Below the pieces are notes generated by a model. It searched no databases and had not been told where the DNA came from. It saw nothing but the letters and a program-made list of their open reading frames with translations. A DNA stretch of 64,000 nucleotides from Candidatus Moraniibacteriota bacterium (GTDB lineage Bacteria > Patescibacteriota > Minisyncoccia > Moranbacterales > GCA-2747515), in NCBI GenBank assembly GCA_046116545.1, contig CP175956.1:449734-513733 (forward strand). The letters run 5' to 3'. Below, piece by piece: positions 59,301 to 64,000 of the stretch. Both the position numbers and the translations under genes were made by a program. The first letter of the stretch is position 1, and each line of letters begins with the position of its first letter.

Positions 59301-59853
59301 AGTATTTAGAGTAACAGATTCACAAATATCAATAACTCCTGTTAGTGGGGCTGTTGTGAAGGAGTTGGGGAGCTACGAGGATTTAAATGGAAAGAAATTT
59401 ACAAAACAATCAACAACAACTCTACAAACAATAAAGGGAACAAGTATAACTTTAAAAGCAGTTCTATATCCAGAATTTTTAAATAAAGGTGATGAAAAAT
59501 ACACATGGACAATAGATGGAAAAGATTACGCAAATACAAATCCAATAACATTTGTTGCTGATAAGGATGTTAGTGTTGGGGTGAAGTCAGAACAAGCTTT
59601 GAAAAGAGAAGATAGAAAGGCATTGAGTGATGCTTTTGGAATAATACAATCTCAAACAACAAAAGAAACCCTCTCAAAGACAATCCAAATAGAATTATCA
59701 GATTCAGTAAAATTAACAAAGTTGCAAAATGGTTTTTTTGCAACAGTAGCACATAATACTCCACAATATTTATTATTCATTTTGAAAATGACACTTATGA
59801 TGGGAATAATGCTTTTCATTCCTTCTTTGATATTGGGGTTTAAGAGAACGTAA
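56332..59853 (+). CDS. Large Cys-rich surface protein with signal peptide and C-terminal TM anchor
   Basis: 1173 aa, 30 Cys counted, Ig/PKD-like YxW motifs, C-terminal hydrophobic helix. Confidence 0.8.
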   Translation: MQTKKTIAITLILIQIIILQPISTYAFLGLPSNPLSGGGGSGMSGDIRSGINDFLEKDLNINVKDGLRPLTESINTIDRKGEMPEVSLRFSSQSPKEGEKITVSADVTGVKNPNDAYYVWYLKRKGDSYDDIDKLHRQAVSAQAALYYDPETLNQKFNQGIVASKGDDYDGYKPKMGGDNGILRGATSKSGSSLLQQHETATGNIKDAHQGIIDSLPGFGIFDVLAPGTSQIMDAQNQVRDSLLNSTGTKANDTKSASGNRDYCYIYNSKTGKQYELGDAHDDSAMGCPTGYIAKCMQENNDLMCPVAVPGMTGTSTASSSGGGNTSSSSTSTTIAGGNGDRFSYLTRCLDTEIKPTCDVNTGKLHCSQADKGNVFQADKAYSCDGTSCSSYKTDGHCCEVFDTIEKCKADKDTKICTMGSQMMAVSYSYDQPITTPTPYCVKQDQKTGEIWKDPNVNGCGLYSADGKYPGPTEGRVAGTNPSFDFFQPDGTPYNAPFTGIILCPDSPNLLTCDNNFKYHGMDGAKPVFERPLGQGVGASMTITCQDDVGVTWTYDISNDNTVQFAGCPDAKPISRGCFIDKDKKILDLLEPEKACTLSTPKDSGCTEKQHLFPEELNLGFFPASIEAQYGTNPIDAQTTPLAINDGALAVGLGVKNFEWKYKAGDEIAVVVEGMGLGMTKHEDATYQTVFAVPKEGCQKAIENASKESYEETAKKKVVTIEVAEMNPRDCVTAEIFQKPGTSQFDALNVNVNHASPSAQNTSVASGLSQPMQITAHANGVKGGGISNSEHLYYEWSIVCGGKTIDLSKMEGLSKTEGMNLPSLNLTANFPQECVDAGEVIVKTKINEPRAGGGSNFGQSETKIKIYDVKDSPLKTFKTEIVEDTKFQKTATAVCDVGIDKTLCRVMNNEVIAIAATKDDGTIYDGTMLSWTVDGKAYNCDSSISPDCNDRTNSGTIIIPMTGSDGDLVTVTASINDVTGDKNNTQVLSRVFRVTDSQISITPVSGAVVKELGSYEDLNGKKFTKQSTTTLQTIKGTSITLKAVLYPEFLNKGDEKYTWTIDGKDYANTNPITFVADKDVSVGVKSEQALKREDRKALSDAFGIIQSQTTKETLSKTIQIELSDSVKLTKLQNGFFATVAHNTPQYLLFILKMTLMMGIMLFIPSLILGFKRT

Positions 59854-59880
59854 GTGTTTTATAAAATAAAACAAAAAAAT

Positions 59881-60390
59881 ATGAAAACTTATATTTTAAT
59901 ATTATTAATATCAATGAGTTTGTTGACATTTATGGGAGAGGTTAATGCAGCCAACTACACACTATTAGAAACAATAGGGAAAAATACAGGTTCAGTAGAT
60001 TTTCCAACCTATATAACAAACCTACATAAGTTTGCAGTAGGATTTGTAGCTCTTGCAGCACTTCTCATGATTACATTAGGAGGATTTGCATATATGACTG
60101 CTGCAGGCAATCAAGCACAAGTAGGAACTGCAAAAAAGTTAATAATAGATGCATTATTAGGACTTATAATAGTATTTATTTCTTGGTTAATTTTAAATAC
60201 AATTAACCCTGATTTATTGAACACTGAAAATCCCAGTATGAAAAAATTACAGGACGGGGCTAATAACAATGGTAATAATAGCACTAGTAATAATAATGTT
60301 GGTGGGGGTACAACATTAGATTCAAGTGGTTTAGGTACAGATGGAAGCACAACAGATACTTCATCAGGAACAGGTTCTCCAGCAGCATAA
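59881..60390 (+). CDS. VirB2/TrbC-like pilin 1
   Basis: Signal peptide; ITLGGFAYMTAAGN...AKKLI..ALLGLII...ILNTINPDL. Confidence 0.85.
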   Translation: MKTYILILLISMSLLTFMGEVNAANYTLLETIGKNTGSVDFPTYITNLHKFAVGFVALAALLMITLGGFAYMTAAGNQAQVGTAKKLIIDALLGLIIVFISWLILNTINPDLLNTENPSMKKLQDGANNNGNNSTSNNNVGGGTTLDSSGLGTDGSTTDTSSGTGSPAA

Positions 60391-60978
60391 ATGTAACTTA
60401 TAAAAAGATTTAATAGAATTATATGAAAAAAATTAGCATAAGCATATTTCTTTTTTTAGTAATTTCAGTAAATACTGCAAATGCAGATGATTTTCAAGAT
60501 GCAGTTAATGCAGAAAACTCTAATAACGCAACAAATCCTGTATCTAGTTTACCTAGTTATAATCCAAATGCATCATTGGGTCCTGCTACAGGAACATCAA
60601 CAATTAATGGTCAGAACTCAGGACAAACTGTAAATACATCACCCACAGCAAATACAGCAGGTGCAGCCAACTACACACTATTAGAAACAATAGGGAAAAA
60701 TACAGGTTCAGTAGATTTTCCAACCTATATAACAAACCTACATAAGTTTGCAGTAGGATTTGTAGCTCTTGCAGCACTTCTCATGATTACATTAGGAGGA
60801 TTTGCATATATGACTGCTGCAGGCAATCAAGCACAAGTAGGAACTGCAAAAAAGTTAATAATAGATGCATTATTAGGACTTATAATAGTATTTATTTCTT
60901 GGTTAATTTTAAATACAATTAACCCTGATTTATTGAACACTGAAAATCCCAGTATGAAAAAATTACAGGACGGGGCTA
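59946..60978 (+). repeat. 317-bp direct repeat (59946-60262 and 60662-60978)
   Basis: No differences seen on manual comparison. Confidence 0.92.
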
Positions 60979-60986
60979 GTAAGTAG
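60423..60986 (+). CDS. VirB2/TrbC-like pilin 2
   Basis: Same core as pilin 1 with a different N-terminal region. Confidence 0.85.
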   Translation: MKKISISIFLFLVISVNTANADDFQDAVNAENSNNATNPVSSLPSYNPNASLGPATGTSTINGQNSGQTVNTSPTANTAGAANYTLLETIGKNTGSVDFPTYITNLHKFAVGFVALAALLMITLGGFAYMTAAGNQAQVGTAKKLIIDALLGLIIVFISWLILNTINPDLLNTENPSMKKLQDGASK

Positions 60987-61022
60987 TAATAAGTATATAA
61001 TAATTATAGTAAAGGATGATAT

Positions 61023-62273
61023 TTATTTTTGTAAGCCAAATAGAAGTAGTATCCAAAATATAATTGATAAATCATTTTTCCAGAAAGGTGTGTCAAAAAG
61101 ACTTGTTAGTAAAATTGTTAAAAATGCGGCAATATAAAATAAAATTGTTGCATTTTTTGTTTTTATATAGGAGCTAGCTGAAAGGTACAGCCATCTAGAG
61201 CATAAAAGACAAAAAAATAAAACTGTAAAAAAACCTCCAGAAGTCCATAATGTTAATAATAGATTATGAGGAGTTGGAGCTGACCAATGTAGGTAGGGCG
61301 GGTAATATCTTTGAGCATCTAGGTAGATTTGTTGAAAGTCATTGATTCCAGATGTGTTTATAAGTGTATTTTTTTGGAGGTGATTTGTGGCAACTGTCCA
61401 GATTTCATGTCTGGATGATAGAGAACTTCTAGAAAAATCTGGATTTATATTTGAGATTTTGTGATATGTAATAAATAAGATTGATAATATAAAAAATAAT
61501 CCCAGAATAAAGAGCATTAGAGATTTCGTAGTGGATGGACATGTCCGTCCACTACGAATATAGTAATTTTTTATTAGAATAATAGATATAATAAATAATA
61601 TAAAAATGAAAACAAAAGAGGAAGTAAGGGAGTTTGTGAAAAATAGAACAATGCAGGTTAAAATAACTGTAGTTATAGAAAAGACTTTCAAATATTTATT
61701 TTTTTGTTTCCAACTATTTGCAAGAGTAATAAAAATAAGTGGAGCAATAAACATTGCTAGATGATTGGGCGAGGGGTAAAAGGCAGCTAATCTGCCATCA
61801 AATGTTGTGTTATCTAAAAAAAGATATATTAAAGTTATAGTGGTTACGAAAAATAAAATACTGACAAGTAAATTCTGGATATAATAAAAGATTTTTTTGT
61901 GTTTTGAAATGTGTATATGTAGTAAAAAAGCTGTAAGTAGGGGTAGCAATAGCCATTCTAGAAATACACCCAATCCATGGATAGTTGGATGTAATAGTAG
62001 TGATGGTAAGAAAGATAGAACAAATAAAAAAGAAAATGTCCAAAAAATAGAATTTTTTTTGAAAGTTTGAGGAATACTTTGAAAGTTTGAATATAATAAT
62101 ATTGTACAGAGGATAAATAAGTTTATAGTTAGAATGCTTATGGATATTGAAAATAAATTTAAACGTATAAAATATAATGAAATCGAAAAGAATGTTACAC
62201 AAAGGAGTAACTTGATATAAGATAAATCTGACTGTAGTGGGATATTGAATTTTTCTTTCAATTGTGTAAACAT
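61023..62273 (-). CDS. O-antigen ligase (Wzy_C)-family membrane protein
   Basis: RLAAFYPSPNHLAMF, SRHEIW, PHNLLL, DTPFWKND. Confidence 0.82.
   Translation of the reverse strand: MFTQLKEKFNIPLQSDLSYIKLLLCVTFFSISLYFIRLNLFSISISILTINLFILCTILLYSNFQSIPQTFKKNSIFWTFSFLFVLSFLPSLLLHPTIHGLGVFLEWLLLPLLTAFLLHIHISKHKKIFYYIQNLLVSILFFVTTITLIYLFLDNTTFDGRLAAFYPSPNHLAMFIAPLIFITLANSWKQKNKYLKVFSITTVILTCIVLFFTNSLTSSFVFIFILFIISIILIKNYYIRSGRTCPSTTKSLMLFILGLFFILSILFITYHKISNINPDFSRSSLSSRHEIWTVATNHLQKNTLINTSGINDFQQIYLDAQRYYPPYLHWSAPTPHNLLLTLWTSGGFFTVLFFCLLCSRWLYLSASSYIKTKNATILFYIAAFLTILLTSLFDTPFWKNDLSIIFWILLLFGLQK
61525..61558. repeat. GTAG-type REP palindrome inside a CDS
   Basis: TTCGTAGTGGATGGACA|TGTCCGTCCACTACGAA, 34 bp with one mismatch. 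Confidence 0.8.
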
Positions 62274-62529
62274 GGGTATTAATTATTTTTTAAAATATTG
62301 TGTGTAGTTTAGCATAGTTTTCAGATAACTAACCTTTTAAATAATGTTGTGGACAAGCAGATGACAATATCTCTACAAAAAATAAACTTTTTGAAATGAT
62401 AGGCATAAGTGTATTTTATCAAAACGTTCCTTAGTTCTATTGTTAGGTAGGATATTATTTTAAAATATGGGCAAGTGTTAATCGTAAATAGTACGGATCA
62501 TATTTAAATAGAGGGCCTCATAAGGTGCT

Positions 62530-63792
62530 TTATTTTTTATTTTCATTATATATTCCAATTGATAGTATGAGTAATAATATGGGAAAAACATGTACGGAAA
62601 ATATTGGAGTATCAAATAATGCGTGAGTAAAAAAGATTACTATACTTATTATAGCAAATAATGATATATAATCATCTTTATTTTTATATAAAATTAAAAT
62701 AAGTGATAAAAAAGTAAGTGAAAACAGAATTAATCCAATAATTCCAAGTTCCACGGTGATGTCTAGAAAAATATTATGAACATAAATAGGAGTTCTGTAG
62801 GTTGCTTGCGGATTTATAACTATAGGATAAGCTCCTAAACCTGTACCAATGAAAGGTCGATGTTGAATCTCTTGTTTGGCCTCCGTCCAAAGTTCTAATC
62901 GGTGTCTATTTGATGTATCAGTTGTATCAAATGATGATATAAATCTGGAGGTGATGGGATTTTGAGGTATTAATAATAAAAAAATGAAAGATATTAGAAA
63001 TAAAAAAATAAAATGTTTAAAACGTGTTTGTATAGATGGCCAAAGTAAGATTAAGCCAATAAGTAAACCACCAAATAGTCCAATGTAACCACCACGAGAA
63101 AAGGTTAATAAATCAGTTAATATTAATATAAAAAAAGATATCAGCCAGATTTGTTTTTTTGTTTTTAAAAATAATCCAAGAGAAAGTGGGATAAGTAAGC
63201 CTAGATAAAAAGAGAAAATGTGAGGGTCAGGGAAAAAAGCAATTGAGCGCATAATCGTGTGACCTCCTATATTAACTAACCAGCTATTATGAGCGATTAC
63301 GGATTCTGAAAAGGTACCACCTAAAAAGAAGGGTGACAATTGTAACCAAAAATTAAGTAAGGTATTTAGAGGAATAATAAATTGTAAAATAAATTGGAGT
63401 AAGCCAACTATAGAAATTAATGTAGCACCGATAATAGTTGCGCTAAGGAGCTTTTCTTTTGAGTTTGGGACATCTTTAAAAAGAACAGGTAATATAAATA
63501 TAAGAGGAGACATTGATAATAAAAATATAATTTTACGTAATGTCCAAGTTGGAACTGGTGTAAAAAATAAGGAGAATATAGTCCATAAAATAAAAGCAGA
63601 AAAGAGACTTATAATAAAACCTTTAGGTATATACAAGGATTTTTTGTATAAACAGAAAGTTAAATAAGATAGTGTAATAATTAAAATAAAAATTCGTACA
63701 AACGAGACATCAAAGCCAGTCAGTGGGTTTAATGCAAAAGAAAACGGTAGAAAAAAGTATAAAAAAATAGTTAGATTTAGTAATATATTCAT
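62530..63792 (-). CDS. O-antigen ligase (Wzy_C)-family membrane protein
   Basis: RSIAFFPDPH, LTFSRGG, RLELW, GTGLG, HNIFL..VELGIIG. Confidence 0.88.
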   Translation of the reverse strand: MNILLNLTIFLYFFLPFSFALNPLTGFDVSFVRIFILIITLSYLTFCLYKKSLYIPKGFIISLFSAFILWTIFSLFFTPVPTWTLRKIIFLLSMSPLIFILPVLFKDVPNSKEKLLSATIIGATLISIVGLLQFILQFIIPLNTLLNFWLQLSPFFLGGTFSESVIAHNSWLVNIGGHTIMRSIAFFPDPHIFSFYLGLLIPLSLGLFLKTKKQIWLISFFILILTDLLTFSRGGYIGLFGGLLIGLILLWPSIQTRFKHFIFLFLISFIFLLLIPQNPITSRFISSFDTTDTSNRHRLELWTEAKQEIQHRPFIGTGLGAYPIVINPQATYRTPIYVHNIFLDITVELGIIGLILFSLTFLSLILILYKNKDDYISLFAIISIVIFFTHALFDTPIFSVHVFPILLLILSIGIYNENKK

Positions 63793-64000
63793 TATAACAA
63801 GTTTATTAGGGAGATATTTAGTTTTTGTGAAAAAAGCGACAAAGTTGCATGAAATATGTTTGTGTAGGGCCTAAGTGCTTTTTGAAAAAAAGGTCTTGTG
63901 AAGTATAATAGCACTTCTTTTGTTTTTTTGTAGAGTCTTTACTACTGCATCCATTGGAATGAGTTAGGGTAAATTTGGGAATATATTTTATTTCACCACC

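Noticed and set aside
56330-59764. Several Leu-rich minus-strand ORFs, including 265 aa at 58067-58864
   Set aside because: Shadows produced by the codon bias of the 1173-aa gene
47970-60986. Integrative conjugative element or prophage
   Set aside because: No integrase, relaxase, att repeats or phage genes seen; gene set fits the chromosomal CPR T4SS
63793-64000. Partial CDS at the right edge
   Set aside because: All minus-strand frames stop within ~36 nt of the edge; nothing identifiable

Overview
AT-rich chromosomal segment of a Patescibacteria (CPR) bacterium, probably Parcubacteria/Moranbacteria-like (inferred from gene content). Genes end in TGA (e.g. lspA, ldh), so it uses code 11. 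The window appears to span the replication origin. DnaA boxes cluster at about 46.0-46.8 kb, where the + strand switches from C-rich to G-rich, and no dnaA gene is nearby. About 7 kb to the left is a dense, regularly spaced array of 12 parS-like palindromes (38046-38738). Left arm: housekeeping genes (pcrA, rsmA, ung, comM, lspA, yraN, maf, pnp, rpsO, rpsA, cmk, tilS, ftsH, ldh, class III RNR, rbfA, nrnA, rplS, RluA-family synthase), nine tRNAs and several accessory genes. Right arm: the CPR-type T4SS-like locus (VirB6-like, PrgI, VirB4, a large Cys-rich protein, two pilins sharing an identical 317-bp core), followed by two O-antigen-ligase-like genes. The strongest candidate for something undescribed is a ~610-nt minus-strand unit at about 15785-16394. 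It has no long ORF, has its own consensus promoter and terminator, and is densely base-paired with possible pseudoknots, so it may be a large ncRNA. Other oddities include a split NrdD with a separately encoded glycyl-radical domain, a RelA/SpoT-like synthetase, a Cys-free DksA/TraR, and REP-like palindromes inserted in frame into proteins. All calls are from reading the sequence by eye; no searches were run.
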